A DNA stretch of 64,000 nt from Octopus vulgaris (taxonomy: Eukaryota): assembly GCA_951406725.2 (NCBI GenBank), contig OX597814.1, positions 112,468,001 to 112,532,000 on the forward strand, given 5' to 3'. Below, in pieces: positions 14,930-29,580 of this stretch (its first letter is position 1; each line of letters starts with the position of its first letter). The translations under genes and the position numbers were made by a program. The notes below the pieces were generated by a model. The model made no database searches. It was not told where the DNA came from and worked only from the letters and a program-made list of their open reading frames with translations.

Positions 14930-15114
14930 TAATAATGTGGACAATAATAGTGAAATTTCATTATCGTGGAGATATCACTAATTGTCTTCATCGAGTTGTA
15001 TTCTACTAAATATTGTAGGCGACTTCCATGCTAGTATATTAAGTTACCCTGCGGAGCGTATATAGAAGTGCGTCCATCTGAGCGCCTCACACATACACTA
15101 TACACACACATACG

Positions 15115-15201
<87 letters not shown>

Positions 15202-15208
15202 TTACATA

Positions 15209-15239
<31 letters not shown>

Positions 15240-15305
15240 CATATTTATGCATGTATATATGTATATATATATGTATATATGTATGTATATACATATATAT
15301 GTATG

Positions 15306-15373
<68 letters not shown>

Positions 15374-15389
15374 CATACATGTATATATA

Positions 15390-15434
<45 letters not shown>

Positions 15435-15725
15435 ATGTATGTGTATGGTGTATGTGTGAGGTGCTCACATATATATATATAAATGACTATATATATATAT
15501 ATATATATACAGAGAGAGAGTGTATATGCGTGTATTTGTGAGTGAGTGTATCAATTGGTTTTCATTTTGGCAGAGCTAGCTATCTGCTTCCATGTGTCAT
15601 TCCCGTCTTCAACGCGCAGACAATCACTCGGCCAAGTACAAGACTAACGTTTTAATGGTTGATTAAAGTCTCCCGATACAGAGACGGAAGGAGTGAAAGG
15701 TTGAGACGTGAAGAGATAAACTACA

Positions 15726-15792
<67 letters not shown>

Positions 15793-15968
15793 TACATCGT
15801 ACATATATATGTATGCGTGCATGTACATACGTCAATATATATTATATATACACCTATACTTACCCACAAATGTACACATTCCTACGCAATATATATATAT
15901 ATATATATATGTATATATCTATGCATGTATATACATATTGTTTGATACATATATATAAATGTATGTAG

Positions 15969-16019
<51 letters not shown>

Positions 16020-16144
16020 TATATGGTACACACACAAATATATATACATATATATAAGCATATATATATATATATATATATAAGTACATACATTTATATA
16101 TATAAGTATATATATATATAATATAAGTATATATATATACATAC

Positions 16145-16177
<33 letters not shown>

Positions 16178-16681
16178 GATTGATAGATAAACAAAAAGAT
16201 AGATATTTGTGTGTAAATATATATACATATATAGAGTGAGAGAAAGAGAGAGAAATGTGTGTGCATGTGTGCATGCCTGCGAGCGTGTTTGTGTTGTGTG
16301 TGTGTGTGCGTGTGTGTGATTGTGGGGATGGGGGAAGGGCCACCATCATATACCGAAAAGAAAATAGAGAAAGAAACATTAGGAGTGGAATGGAGAGAAA
16401 ATACATTTTAGTGATTTCTTTGTAGAAAACCACGAAAAAAACATTTTTCCCTAAAATTTGTTGCTGAATATCAGATGAGATTTCCTCGTCGAAATACCTC
16501 TGTCTTTTGTTACAGAATACTTTTTTTTCTTTTTTTCTTTTTTCTTTTTTCGGGATCTCCATAAGGGTGAGAGCATTACTTAGTATTTACGAGTCTCTTT
16601 TGTTAATCAATGAAAATATTTTCCTCTTTTGAACTTGTTCGCTTTTATGCTTGTATAATTTACGTTGCTCTCGTCTGCCAT

Positions 16682-16719
<38 letters not shown>

Positions 16720-16721
<2 letters not shown>

Positions 16722-17082
16722 GAGTACTCAGAGAGCGCAAACCTTCGCCAAGGCAACCCCAACATCCTCTCAATGATTAGCCAGAAATGAATTTTAGAAT
16801 GAGAATATCTGAAATAAACTCCACTGCTCTCATAAACGAGAATACTAAAAATGAACCCGACTGCTCTGAAAAATTAAGTAAAAAACCCGGAAAAATAATC
16901 AAGAATCCTTGTCCGGTACCAGATCGATCCCAAAATCTAATATGTTTGAGCCAGTCAAGACGCCAAACATCCCTGAAGGTTTCATCCAAATCCATCCAGC
17001 GGTTCTTCAGATATCTTGTCCACAGACAAACAAACAAACATGGCTGAAAACAATACCTCTGCCTTCACTAAGGCGGGGGTAA
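16720..17082 (-). mobile_element. Helentron-associated (HINE/DINE-1-like) non-autonomous element
   Basis: Short subterminal palindrome acctctgcctt-cact-aaggcgggggt, internal (AAAC)n/gaca microsatellite, matching subterminal repeat near 16741 and terminal gcgctctctgagtactc. Confidence 0.6.
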
Positions 17083-17319
17083 TGATAATAAACTGACTGA
17101 AACTTGTAACCATGGGACTGTCTGTTCACCTGCAACGAGCAAATGAACGGATATTAAAGTTGTTTCTGGAACATGGAGACACCAAAATTTGCCTTCAGTG
17201 ACGAAAAACGCAAAAAATATGAAACATGCAACAAGAAGAACTAATACCCGAGCCTTCATGGTAAAGCAAATAAAAAGCATAGCCAAACGAACCAACCTCT
17301 AATGTATTAAAGAGAGATT

Positions 17320-17479
17320 AGATCGATCCCAGTACGCAACTGGTACTTAATTTATCGACCCCGAAAGAATGAAAGGCAAAGTCGACCTCGGCAGAATTTG
17401 AACTCAGAACGTAGCAATAGACGAAATACTGCGAAGCATTTCACCCAGCGTGCTAACGTTTCTGCCAACTCATCGCCTT
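17320..17479 (-). mobile_element. SINE family 1
   Basis: Reverse complement of the family-1 head and core. Confidence 0.8.
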
Positions 17480-17794
17480 ATGAGGACCTAGAGACTAAAA
17501 TCATAAAAATGTGGCATCGCAAAGCAACAATATTGCTTATTATTATTGGGACACTTGGAAGGCGATGAGCTGGCGGAATCGATAGCACGCTGGAAGAAAT
17601 GTGGAAGGCACGCTAGATGCCGAAATATCGTTCAATCAATTTCACATGATATTGCACTCTTCTATTTATTTATTTATTATCATTATTATTATTATTATTA
17701 TTATTATTTAATGTTTGACTTTTGCTTTACATTTGTACATGTTGGCTCCAAGTCTCACTCAGAGACCTCAAGCGACAACAAGCTGGAAGTTCAT

Positions 17795-17861
<67 letters not shown>

Positions 17862-17865
<4 letters not shown>

Positions 17866-18290
17866 TAGTCTTATTTTTATCACGTACTTTCACTGCACTA
17901 CCGAGTACAGCTCTGTATGCCTTGGGGTATGTGCTGTGGTTTGTTGTGATGCTCTTATTTTTACTGTGTTTTACGTAGGATGTAGGCAGCGCCTAGTAGT
18001 GCTATTTTCTGTATGTTATATATACTTGTAAGTCCTGGTGTTTTTGTTATGTATTTGTCTGAATATTTTTTTATCATATCTAATACGCCTACTATGATAG
18101 GAATTGTTTCTGTTTCTAGATTCCACATTCGATTTACCTCTATTTCCAGGTCTTTGTATTTTGAAAGTTTCTCCGTTTCTTTTAGAGTAACATTAACATA
18201 TGTTTGTATTGAGAGATCAATTAGAAAACATTTTTTTCTTGATGATCTCTGACAACTATATATTAGCCTTAATTTCTCTGTTTACGTGTA
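17862..18290 (-). mobile_element. R4/Dong-type LINE family A, RLE domain + 3' UTR, in (TAA)n
   Basis: Minus: KETEKLSKYKDLEIEVNRMWNLETETIPIIVG...QKIALLG; flanked by (ATT)n; a different AAT-tailed 3' end sits at 17710-17795. Confidence 0.85.
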
Positions 18291-18302
18291 TTATTATTAT
18301 TA

Positions 18303-18381
<79 letters not shown>

Positions 18382-18592
18382 CATCATTATTATTATTATT
18401 CTGACCTGTTTCAAAATGTGAAACTATTATAACTCGTTATAAAAGACAAGCAAACAACTTATATATATACATATATATATATATAATTTCGAGAAAATCC
18501 ATTAAAGATATTATTGACACCATATAGAAAACATATACTATAAAAAGCTTATTTTAAATCAATAAAGTACAATAAATAGTAAATTGTAATAA

Positions 18593-18692
18593 AAACTACG
18601 CACGTTTCATGGTTATATTTTCAAATAGATAATAATAAAATCAATTCCATTCAAAATTAAATCGAACTAAAATTAATTCTTTCATCAGGTCT
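18593..18692 (-). ncRNA. Hammerhead motif with long helix-II insertion
   Basis: Minus: agac CTGATGA aag...(~75 nt)...cat GAAA CGTGCG TA gttt. Confidence 0.5.
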
Positions 18693-18830
18693 AAGATAAT
18701 AAATAATAATAAATGATAATAGAATAAATGTACTTATCTTAACTTATACTAATTATCGAAAAAATATATTAAAAAATACGTGTATTAACTATAAATAATC
18801 GAAAAGCATTTAACAGTATTTCTTAAAATA

Positions 18831-18898
18831 AAAATATAACTTATCTTGTCGAAGGATTTTCGTTAACGGAAATCCTTCGACAAGATAAGTTATATTTT
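18831..18898. repeat. Near-perfect 68-bp palindrome
   Basis: aaaatataacttatcttgtcgaaggattt-tcgttaacgg-aaatccttcgacaagataagttatatttt: perfect 29-bp arms and a self-complementary centre with one mismatch. Confidence 0.9.
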
Positions 18899-19632
18899 AA
18901 GTTGGATGTGCTACTTATTATTTGTCACAAATTATATTTACTATTAAGCTAAACTACCCACCGACAAATTAGTCTGCAGTTAATGGTAAAGTACTATGAC
19001 TGGTAATCACAGGGATGTGAGTTCGAGTCTCATGGATTACTGCTGGCAAATTTTTCTGCAATAATATGGATATTTCATCCTGTTCCTGCTATTCTAATTA
19101 GCGTTGTTCTGCATTTTGAGAATTAATTATTTCCGTATCTTTCAATATATCTCAACGCTTCTAAGGCAAACTTTGTTTGCTTACTTTCATCATAATTTAC
19201 ATATGTATATATATATATATATAGTAATGTAAATGTTATTGCTACAAGCATCCATTTTCTATTATAATTTGTAATTTATCATAATTACTGACTATGTTTT
19301 TTAACTTGATAACTTTAATCATTACTTCATTGATATTTTTAATCATTTTGTCTTCTAAGACAAAACTTTATGTACCCATATATTGTCTATTAGCAACAGT
19401 AGCAGGATTTGTGACAAATAATAAGTAGCGCATCCAACTTAATGTAGTTTCGTTGTTTAGATCCCCATTAACGTGTTGTTAACGTGACAGTCAAGCACCA
19501 GCTATATCAGCTGACGAAATGATGGTCTGCACTGGTGGATGGTACTAATGCATCACGTTATTTCACCGTATCTACAGATCATGCCCGTACTTAAACCAGT
19601 AATAATGACCAAACAGCCATTGACGTTGCGTA

Positions 19633-20050
19633 AGGCGGCGAGCTGGCAGAATCGTTAGCACGCCGGGCGAAATGCGTAACCGTTTTTCGTCTGCCGTTAC
19701 GTTCTGAGTTCAAATTCCGCCGAGGTCGACTTTGCCTTTCATCCTTTCGGAGTCGATAAATTAAGTACCAGTTACCCACTGGGGGTCGATGTAATCGACT
19801 TAATCCGTTTGTCTGTCATTGTTTGTCTCCTCTGTGTTTAGCCCCTTGTGGGTGGTAAAGAAATAGGTATTTCATCTGCACTACGTTCTGAGTTCAAATT
19901 CTGCCGAGGTCAACTTTGCCTTTCATCGTTTCAGAGTTGATTAAATAAGTACCAGTTACGCACTGGTGTCGATATAATCGCCTTAATCCGTTTGTTTGTC
20001 CTTGTTTGTCCCCTCTGTGTTTAGCCCCTTGTGGGTAGTAAAGAAATAGG
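19633..20050 (+). mobile_element. SINE family 1 with headless tandem duplication of body
   Basis: Full copy followed by a second body unit at a 184-bp offset (gttctgagtt at 19701 and 19885). Confidence 0.85.
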
Positions 20051-21541
20051 TGTGGCTACGAATAAATTAGCCATTAGCGATATTAGCAGAGTTTGTAACG
20101 AATAGACATTATAACATCCAACTAAAATTGAATGTGTTGTTTAGATCACCTTAAACTGCTATAAACGTTCAGTGATACTATTTCATTTTGACGACCGGTG
20201 CTTATTAGCACCGACTGCATCGACTGATTTCACCGTTCTGCGGATCAAAATCATTCATCTAATATACACAAGTAAATCACAGCAGTATATTTTAGTTGGT
20301 ATTTATATTTATATTTTTGTCATGTTTCCACTTTCGCATCATAACAAACTCCCACTTTCGCAACATATCAAATTTCCGGTTGACTCCCCACAAACCAAAA
20401 AACTTATTTACCTCAGAAAAATTTAGAGACTTCGAGGGACATGAAATAATAAAACTATATATTATAAGGTATAAATATTGGGTTGAAGACCCTTGGGGAC
20501 CCAACAGCATTCTTCACCTTTTTCCCCCCAAAGGATTTTTTTCTGTTATTTATAGTTTTATCTACTTCGAGTTCTTGTTAAAAATGAATTATTTCAAATG
20601 ATTCGTAGTATATTATGATTGAAAGGACCGCGTTGAGAAGGCGAATGAGAGAAAGAGGAAGAAATACCGTGAGCCGCGGTGGGGTTATGTCGAAGCAAGG
20701 GGTGGCAAGCATTGTGTGATTCCATGGAGGCAGGATGCAGAGGGTTTCCATGGAGGCGGGATGCAGAGGGTTTCCAGATCAATCCTTCTGCAGAGTTTAC
20801 AGCTTACAGCATGCTGGGTATCACAGGGACCAGAAAATAGAAGGCCATCGAATTGACAAAGGTGAACTGACAAAATCCTTAGTGCATTCACAAAATGTCT
20901 CACAGTATCTGTTACGTTTTCACCGAAGTCGACTCTGACTTTCATTCTTCCGGAAGTACCAGTTCAGAGCGATGGTTTGGCGAAATTAGCAGAACATCGG
21001 ACGGGGCACTTTCCAGTACCTACCGGTTCTTTACATTCTGGGTTCAAACTCCCGCCGTGATCACCTTCGTCTCTCATCCTTTCCGAGTGACGGTTTGACT
21101 GAAATATAGGAACACCAGACAGGATTAATTCTAGCATCACTTTACATCGAGTCTATGCATTCTTGGTTCAAATCCTGCCTTCGTCACCAAAAAAATGGCG
21201 GCATTTCTGTCGAGAGCAGTGACCGACAAGTAATATCAGCAATTAACAGAGAAACGGAAACAGTTTCTGTGGTTCAATCGGAAGATCAGCAACCACCACC
21301 ACTTCTACAATCTTCATCATAACTACCATCCCCACCTTCACCATTACCACCGCCACCGCCACCGCCACCACCTCCGGCTTAACCGCCCCGCCATCGAATT
21401 CATCTCCTCCATTTCCTCTACCATGCAAAATTAACATTGTTGGAACAAAAGGATTTATATATTCATTATGTATGTCATTAATTTTACTGATTGGACAACT
21501 CTCAATAGCAACTATAATTTATTTGTTTATATAACACACAG

Positions 21542-21608
<67 letters not shown>

Positions 21609-22715
21609 CTTACTTTCATACGTACGTACACATCTATATATATATATATATATATATAGGCATGTATGTATAGAAATATATATGTATGTGTAGGTATGTA
21701 TCTATGCATGTATGCATATATATGTAGACATATATATATATATATGTTTGTATATATATATGTACGTATGTATGCATATATATATATATATATGTTGATA
21801 TATATATGTGTGTGTGTGTGAATGTATATAAATTATATATATATATACATATATATATATATTGTGTCGGTATGTATATATATACCCATGCATGTATGCA
21901 TATATATATACATACTCTTTTCTGGAATATTTGCTTGCTTTAAAGATTTTGTAGTCTTGTAGTCTGTTTATTTGTTTTGGGTTTTTCTTTTATTTTTTGT
22001 TTGTTTGATTTGTTTTTTCTCATGAGCAAAATTTTAATCCCCCATCTCCAGGGAGATTAAGACTACGTTTCTCCTCCTTCTTCTCCTTTCTGCTACAAGA
22101 ACATCATTGTATATAATCGCTAAATTAATGGTTTGTGTTACATCTCTGCTAGAACTAGTCTATTAACACCTGCACGCACCTTTCAAAAGCCACTTCATCA
22201 ATTTAATTAAACTACACAGATGAAGTGTCGAATGATCAATGAGCAAGGCAATAAATAAATAAGTAAATAAATATGTAAATAAAAAAGACGAAGGCGCATA
22301 GGTGTGTGTACATCTGTTTGTGAGGTTATCATGTAAGATAAGAGTGAAACAAAGTACGTATAAATAACCTTATGTTTCAAGCACTGGTTCTTTATGATTG
22401 TTATTCATTTTGTTTAAAGGTGACGGCTGCTGCTGTTGCTGTGGCTGATGCAGTGGTTGTCGTTTGCTGCTGCTGCTGCTACTACTGCTGGTGTACTGGC
22501 TGCTGTAGTTGCTGTTGTACATGCTGCTGCTGCTGCAACAACGCGAGTCAGAGACACGTCGCCTGAAGTACACTTCCAAACTGTTAATCCCTATTTGTTT
22601 GTCGTGTCTACTAATATTTAGATTTGATGACAACTCCCCGCACTGTGCCGTTCGTTAATAATTCAAGATGTAGACCTTATGTAGACGCTAAAGAAAAAGA
22701 AAACAACTCTATTTA

Positions 22716-22792
<77 letters not shown>

Positions 22793-22827
22793 TAATACTA
22801 ATAATAATAATAATAATAATAATAATA

Positions 22828-23474
22828 GGGGTTTGAATAATTCACCTCTGGAAACATGGGTGGTTCTTTCAACATCCTTAAACAACCCTTATTCAGGGAC
22901 CTTTTGAGCGGGATGGGCTACTCAACCTGAAGAAAATTCTAACTGGGCCCCACCTGCAAGGTCATGCGCTGTTTATCTTGATATGAGATCACCATGTCGC
23001 GCACATATGGTTGTGATGCATGTGCCTGGTGTACCCTTATCAGACGGGTAGTCATGATGGGTAGTCATGTTTGACCTTAACCAGTTGAGCATGTCCCTTA
23101 GTGGCTGACAACATGTGCATCGCTGATCACGAGCAGAAGTAGTGGGGGAGCATCATAGCCATGTGTTGAGAGGAATTCTTTGGGGTTTGAATAATTCACC
23201 TTTAGAAACATAGGTTGTTCAACATCCTTAAACAAACCTTATTCAGGGGCCTTTTGAGCTTGATGGGTTACTCGACCAGAAGAAAATTCTAACTGGGCCC
23301 CACCTGCAAGGTCATGCGCTGTTTGCCTTGATATGAGATCACCATGTCACGCACATATGGTTGTGATGCATGCGCCTGGTCTACCCTTATCAGACGGGTA
23401 GTCATGATGGGTATACTGGGCTTCGTATATTTTACCCCAGTGTCACTTTGATGGCAAGCACTGCTCTCTCACTC
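22828..23474 (+). mobile_element. Non-coding (TAA)n-tailed retroposon (family B), two abutting truncated copies
   Basis: Same 3' end (gatggcatgcactgctctctcactc-aataat) as 30723-31210, 49150-49214 and 51597-52150; internal segment duplicated (22828-23062 vs ~23182-23410). Confidence 0.85.
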
Positions 23475-23481
23475 AATAATG

Positions 23482-23632
<151 letters not shown>

Positions 23633-23704
23633 TAATAATAATAATCCTTTCTACTATAGGCACAAGCCCTGAAATTTGGGGGGAGGGGGTTTTGATGGAC
23701 ACTC

Positions 23705-24600
23705 ACTGCTTATTTTGCTAGACACGATGGGAAGTGTCAGCTGTCCACAGCCAGCAGACAAAGGTGACATTTGATTACTGGTCATGCTTCAAGAACCCTA
23801 CGAAGAATTCTTGCAGTTCCAAGCAATGCCGATTTTTGTAAGTGTTCTACTTTCACAATTGCACCAATCTTTTTCAGCCAATGCTGGTAGATGAGTGCAA
23901 ATGCACCAATTACTATTAGTATCACATCTACTCTCTTCATTGTCCACAACATTTGTACTTCAAATTTCAAATCGTCGTAGTTGTTCACTTTTTCTTCTTT
24001 CTCTTTGATCTTATTGTCACTGGGCTTGTTATGTCGAGTATCATGCATGTTCTTTCTTCTTTATTCACCACAACAATGTCCAGTTTCCGATGTCTGGTCA
24101 AGTGATCGCACTGAATTTTTGAATCCCACAGGATTTCGCAGTTTTTATTCTCGGTGAATCCTTCTGGGGTTTACCATACCACGTCATTGCTCTTTGTAGG
24201 CTGTAGTTCCCACAGTGTTCCCAATGGATCACTCTTGCCACATTATCATGTATTCTTTTGTATTCGCGTTGTGGCAATTTCGGGCATTCGCTAAAAATGT
24301 GTCATACTGTTTCTCCCTTCTCACCACACATTCTGCATTTGTTGCTGTCGGTAGTGTTGTCTATTCTGCACTTTACATAATTGGCCCTTAACGCTTGTAC
24401 TTGAACTGTGAATATAGGCGCTTCTGTTTCTATCTTTAGGTCACACCTTCTCATCCGTAGCCACCGGTCGTCTGTAAATGTCTTGGTGTTCGTATCTCTT
24501 CCAAACTGACTGCATATTTTTTTTTCCTTCCATGCTGTTTGTTTTCTTGTGTGCTGTTTTCTTCTTTAAGTTTTTCTTTCTGTTACACAATTATCATTAT
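23705..24600 (-). mobile_element. R4/Dong-type LINE fragment (zinc knuckle + RLE), pseudogenised
   Basis: Minus: CRMCGEKGETV*HIFSEC (CCHC), HDNVARVIHW, RKLDIVVV, EKVNNYDDLKFEV, QKSALLGTARILRRVLEA*. Confidence 0.9.
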
Positions 24601-24639
24601 TCTTGATTTGAGTCAGGTTCGGTCTTATTTCTGGTGGGA

Positions 24640-25200
24640 TACCTAAGGTTACTACCTGCAACCTTAGGTATCCACTAGCTTTCAAGTGCTTAAAACCCTC
24701 CTGATAACCTCTCCTGTTCCAAAGGAACAAACTTCCCGTAAAAGTTCTACAGAACATTCAGTTCCAATCTCCTTCAGCCAGTTGTCTTTATCTTTGCTTC
24801 CACTTCCCAATGCACCAATTGTTATATACAGTTTTCATATTCCATATTCTTGCAATTTCAAATTTTAAGGAATTGTATTTTTTCCGGTTCTTTCTTTACG
24901 ATCCTGGAATCAAACGGACATGATTAATAATTAGTTAGCAACTTCGCTTTTCCTTGTCTATTATTATGACTGGTCTATTATTTTCTAACTTCTTGTCTGT
25001 CTGAATAGGAACGTTTCACAAAATCTTACATTGCTCCGACTCCAGTACTTTTTCGATTCCAGTACTCTTTCATACTATGTGTTCCCAGTTTCAAATCCCC
25101 ATTTCTGGCAAATCTTCCAGTGTATAACTTCTACTGCTTGGTTATGCCTCCTTTTCTTATATTCTTCCTGTGCCAAGTTCCACAGACTACATTTTTCTGA
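24640..25200 (-). mobile_element. Second, older R4/Dong RLE fragment
   Basis: Minus: VPIQTDKKLENNRP.III.., KYNSLKFEIARIWNMK, IGALG.., with frameshifts; adjoins an (ATT/GTT)n tract. Confidence 0.7.
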
Positions 25201-25514
25201 CACATTATAATTATTATTATTGTTGTTGTTGTTATTGTTATTGTTATTGTTGTTGTTGTTGTTGCTTTATACACATACACATTGCATATTGTATACATAT
25301 TATACGCATATAAATATGTGTACATATACATATGTGAGTGTGTGTATATATGTGTGTGTACCCATATATGTATGCGTGCATATATATATAAATATATGTA
25401 TACAATATAAAACAACAACAACAGCAAAAATAATGATAATTATTATTATCATGTGTGTATGTATATATATACGTGTCCGTGTTTGTGCGCGTGATTGTGA
25501 ATATATATATAGTG

Positions 25515-25552
<38 letters not shown>

Positions 25553-25648
25553 ATAGACTGACTGACAGAGGACAAACAAGCAGACAGACAGACAGACAGA
25601 TAGATAGATAGGTATGTATGTATGTATGTATGTATGTATGTATGTAGG

Positions 25649-25755
<107 letters not shown>

Positions 25756-25765
25756 GTAGGTAGAT

Positions 25766-26902
25766 ATGTTTCTTTATTAGCCACACAGGGCTGCACACAG
25801 ACGGGACAAATTACAAGGTAGAGCTTTTCTTTTGGCGGATAAAAAAAGAGGGTTTGGTTTTCGATCAAAAGGGATCGTAAAAGGAAAAGAAAGAGGAAAG
25901 CAAAAAAGGGGGAAGGGGGGAAATAAAAGGAAAAAGAAAAAATCGATTAATAGGGATCGTTATCACAGAAATGTCAATATGAAGTGTAAAGGGGAGGACA
26001 GGTGAGGTTTACCCGTGGAAAGAAAAGCCTACGGAAAAGACCACGGTAACCTCGGTCAATGAAGTCACATGTTATATTTTTTTACAAATAAGCAACTCTC
26101 TGTATTAATTGTTACGGTTCATAGGATCATGGTCAAGGTGGCTTCGTCATTCATGTAGCATCCTTGCTACATTCACCCATCTATTTTTAAAACATTCACT
26201 AGACAAAACTTGCCTCTCTACTCTCACTTTCCTCTTCAAGTGATACTTGAAGAAGTTGATGAGAGATTGACCAGAGAGGAAAGTGTTTGTCTCTAATCCT
26301 TTCAGGCGCGTCCACCAGATACATTCTTTCGCCATAGCCACAAGTGTGATAAAAATAGCGCTTCCTTCCCGTTTGAAGGAAGGAGGCGCGACGATATTAA
26401 CGATAGACTCGGCTGATAAACCGACACGTCCCACACGTGACAGCAGTCGTTCGACATAAGCCCACAGGTCGGAGATTGTTGGACACTGCACGACTGCGTG
26501 CAGAACGGTTTCGTCGCTCTGCCCGCATCTTGGGCAGGTCGGCCCCGTGTTTCTCGAGCCGTGTCTATAGAGCTTATCCCGAACAGGTAGCGCTTCAGGT
26601 ATTCCTCGTCGACGCCCAGGTTCGCCCCAAGATCGTCGTCGTACCTCCCCTCCACTTATCCCCTATAGAATGCTTGGGTTGTGTTGAAGTTACTCAAGGT
26701 CGACTCAAGACGGCATAGTTGCTTGAGAGCAAAGCGACACTCGCGGTGCCATTCGTCCTTCCTCGGCCTCTTTTTGATCCACGACTGCAGTTCAGTCATG
26801 GAGACGAGCTGCGGGAAAGCGTGCCTCACAAAAGGTGACCACACCTGTTCACCGTCGTCTACATAGAGCTGGAGATGTCGCAGTCTCAGCGCGTGTCTGC
26901 GC
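25766..26902 (-). mobile_element. Tx1-like (L1 clade) LINE, 5'-truncated, in (GATA)n
   Basis: Minus: LPVRDKLYRHG...CPRCGQSDETVLHAVVQC (zf-RVT CCHC)...AKECIWWTR...FKNRWV; pyrimidine-rich 3' UTR ending gtggctaataaagaaa; (GATA)n on both sides. Confidence 0.85.
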
Positions 26903-26921
26903 AGATAGATAAATAGATAGG

Positions 26922-27069
<148 letters not shown>

Positions 27070-27096
27070 AAGGTAGTTAGTTAGTTAGATAGATAA

Positions 27097-27380
27097 GTTT
27101 CTTTATTGGCCACACAGGGCTGCACACAGATGGGACAAGTTACAAGGTAGAGCTTTTCTTTTGAGGGATGAAGAGAACAAAAAACAAAAGAAAAAAAGGG
27201 GGTGGCGTAGGTTTTCGATCAAGAGGGATCGTAAAAGGGAAGAAAAGAACAAAAACAAAAAAAAATTGAATAAAATAAAAAGAATAAAAAGAAAAAAAAG
27301 AAAAGGAAAAGGAACAAAAGGAAAGAGAAATGAAAAAAGAAGAAAAAAGGGGGAAAAAAGGGGAAGAGGAAAAAAAGAAC
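27097..27380 (-). mobile_element. Second Tx1-like copy, 3' UTR only, in (GATA)n
   Basis: gtttctttattggccacacagggctgcacacagatgggacaa matches 25768-25830; bounded by (GATA)n. Confidence 0.85.
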
Positions 27381-27455
<75 letters not shown>

Positions 27456-28086
27456 TTCCTAATGGATCTGAGAAAGCTCCACAGATTTCAATGCATTTTT
27501 GTAAACAATGTTATAGAAGAGAACAAACGCACTTTGTAAATACGGAGCATCTCGTATCACCGCACAACAGTACAAAACTATATTTTACTTCTTTGTAACA
27601 TTCATACATTTCTATGTCTTACATTGTAAACTAACACAATACCATCGAACAACAAATATATTTTTTCATAAACACCATTATATGACAAATGTATTTCTTC
27701 ATAAAATGCAATATGCTAGATGCAAATTAATTAAAAAGAAACAATTAGAAAAGCATTAATTACATAAAGTCAATAGAGAAAACACGAAACGTAGTGGAAA
27801 CGAAATTAACGCAGAAAGTTAAGGATGAGATAAGAATATGCCCCTGGCCATAAAATATCCTTTATGGTTTACGGTATCTTAAGGTGTTGTTAGAATAACT
27901 TTAAGGGTTGTGGGGGCGGGCGTCCGTTAGGATAGTTAAAATGCTTTACACTCTATTTTCCCGCGCTCTGAGTTCAAATCCAGTTGAGGTCTACTTTGGT
28001 TTTTCTTTTTTTGAGATTGATGAAGTACTAGTCCAAAAATTGGAGGGGAGGGAGAGTATTAGTCTTTCCTTCTCTCTCCTTCATTT

Positions 28087-28119
<33 letters not shown>

Positions 28120-28147
28120 TACATACAGATACACACACGCGCGCGCA

Positions 28148-28205
<58 letters not shown>

Positions 28206-29151
28206 TGAATACCCTACGATGTGAGTATACCCTGCAATGTCAGAAAGGAGAGGAGAAACTACCGGAATAATTGTAAAGATCGTCAGAGTTCTGAAGAGCG
28301 CCTCACATTGCAAAGGTTAGAGGTTGCGGAAGAAGAAGAAGAAGAAGAAGAAGAAGAAGAAGAAGAAGAAGAAGAAGAAGAAGAAGAAGAAGAAGAAGAA
28401 GAAGAAGAAGAAGAAGATCATGATGATGATGATGATGATGATGATGACGACGATGATGGTGATGGTGATGATGAGGATAGTTTCATCAGTGGATATGGGA
28501 CGTTTTGGCACAGCTGTTTAGTCTCTGCCTATTTGGCATCGCTAATTCGACACTGAAATATTTCACATCAGACGTTTTTGTCCTCGGAGTCATTTGACGC
28601 CGTAAAAAATTTGTTTTGTTCCAGTCTACACCTAACTTTTAACCAGAACTACTATACTATTCGATCACTAAATTTCATTTAGCTTTCTGCTTCATTTTAT
28701 GTAAATGGTGGCTGCTGAAATTTTGACGAAGCTGGGGAAAGCAACAATTTTCTCTCAAAAGATTTCTGTATATTCTTAAGGATAAATCGAATTTCAGAAT
28801 TTTGTTGGTAAGGTCAGTTCAATGTACTCCATGCCAAAGATGGATTTTCAAATTTCTCGATGTTTCTAATTTACGATCTGAATGTAAACAAATTGCTTGT
28901 CTTGCATGTAAGAATCTTTTAATGTAGACGGTCGAGAGATAGAGAATTACATTTCTGTTATGATATCGAGCCGTTGGGGTGGTAGATGTGTTTTTTTATC
29001 CCCTGGGATAAGTGATTGAGGCTTTAGCAACCAAAAATATTTTATACACAAAATATTGTGAGCGTTTAAGTCTACATTCGCCCACGACACCTTTTTCATG
29101 ACCTTCAAACAACAATGTAAACACTCTGTCCAAAACTGAAATCAAAGGAAG

Positions 29152-29197
<46 letters not shown>

Positions 29198-29253
29198 CGG
29201 AGATGTACTTGCATAGCAAGTGACCTAATCTGAGATCGTGTGCTGAAACCAAA

Positions 29254-29442
29254 ACAGTTGCAGCATGGAAGGCATTTATATGCCATTTAAAAAACCACAT
29301 TCCGTGCTGTGCAGAATTTTGTCAGTGAGCAGGTCTGAAAACGGCGAAAATATTTTGACAATTGAATTTAAATGTTGAAGTGAATCTAACGGTGTTTGTG
29401 TGATTTTAAATTGCTTATAAACATCTTCCACGTTGCAATTGT
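29254..29442. repeat. Imperfect ~39-bp inverted repeat (MITE-like remnant)
   Basis: acagttgcagcatggaaggcatttatatgccatttaaaa pairs with ttttaaattgcttataaacatcttccacgttgcaattgt. Confidence 0.6.
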
Positions 29443-29446
29443 GCAA

Positions 29447-29580
29447 AACAAGCTGGGGGAAATACTATTCGAATACCAAGGGTAAAGTAATATACTTTAA
29501 AGCTGCAAAATTATCACTGAACTAGTACTCAGAGTTTCACGTTCCCGTTCGTCGAATACAATTTTCTTACTACCGGCTGC
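29447..29580 (-). mobile_element. Short PLE-derived element with degenerate hammerhead
   Basis: Minus: tcGACGA acg ggaa cgt GAAA ctctgag TA; same family as 40350-40535. Confidence 0.55.

Noticed and set aside
22370-22633. CAG/CTG-rich stretch suggesting a polyQ/polyA exon
   Set aside because: Degenerate trinucleotide repeat with no convincing splice or frame context.
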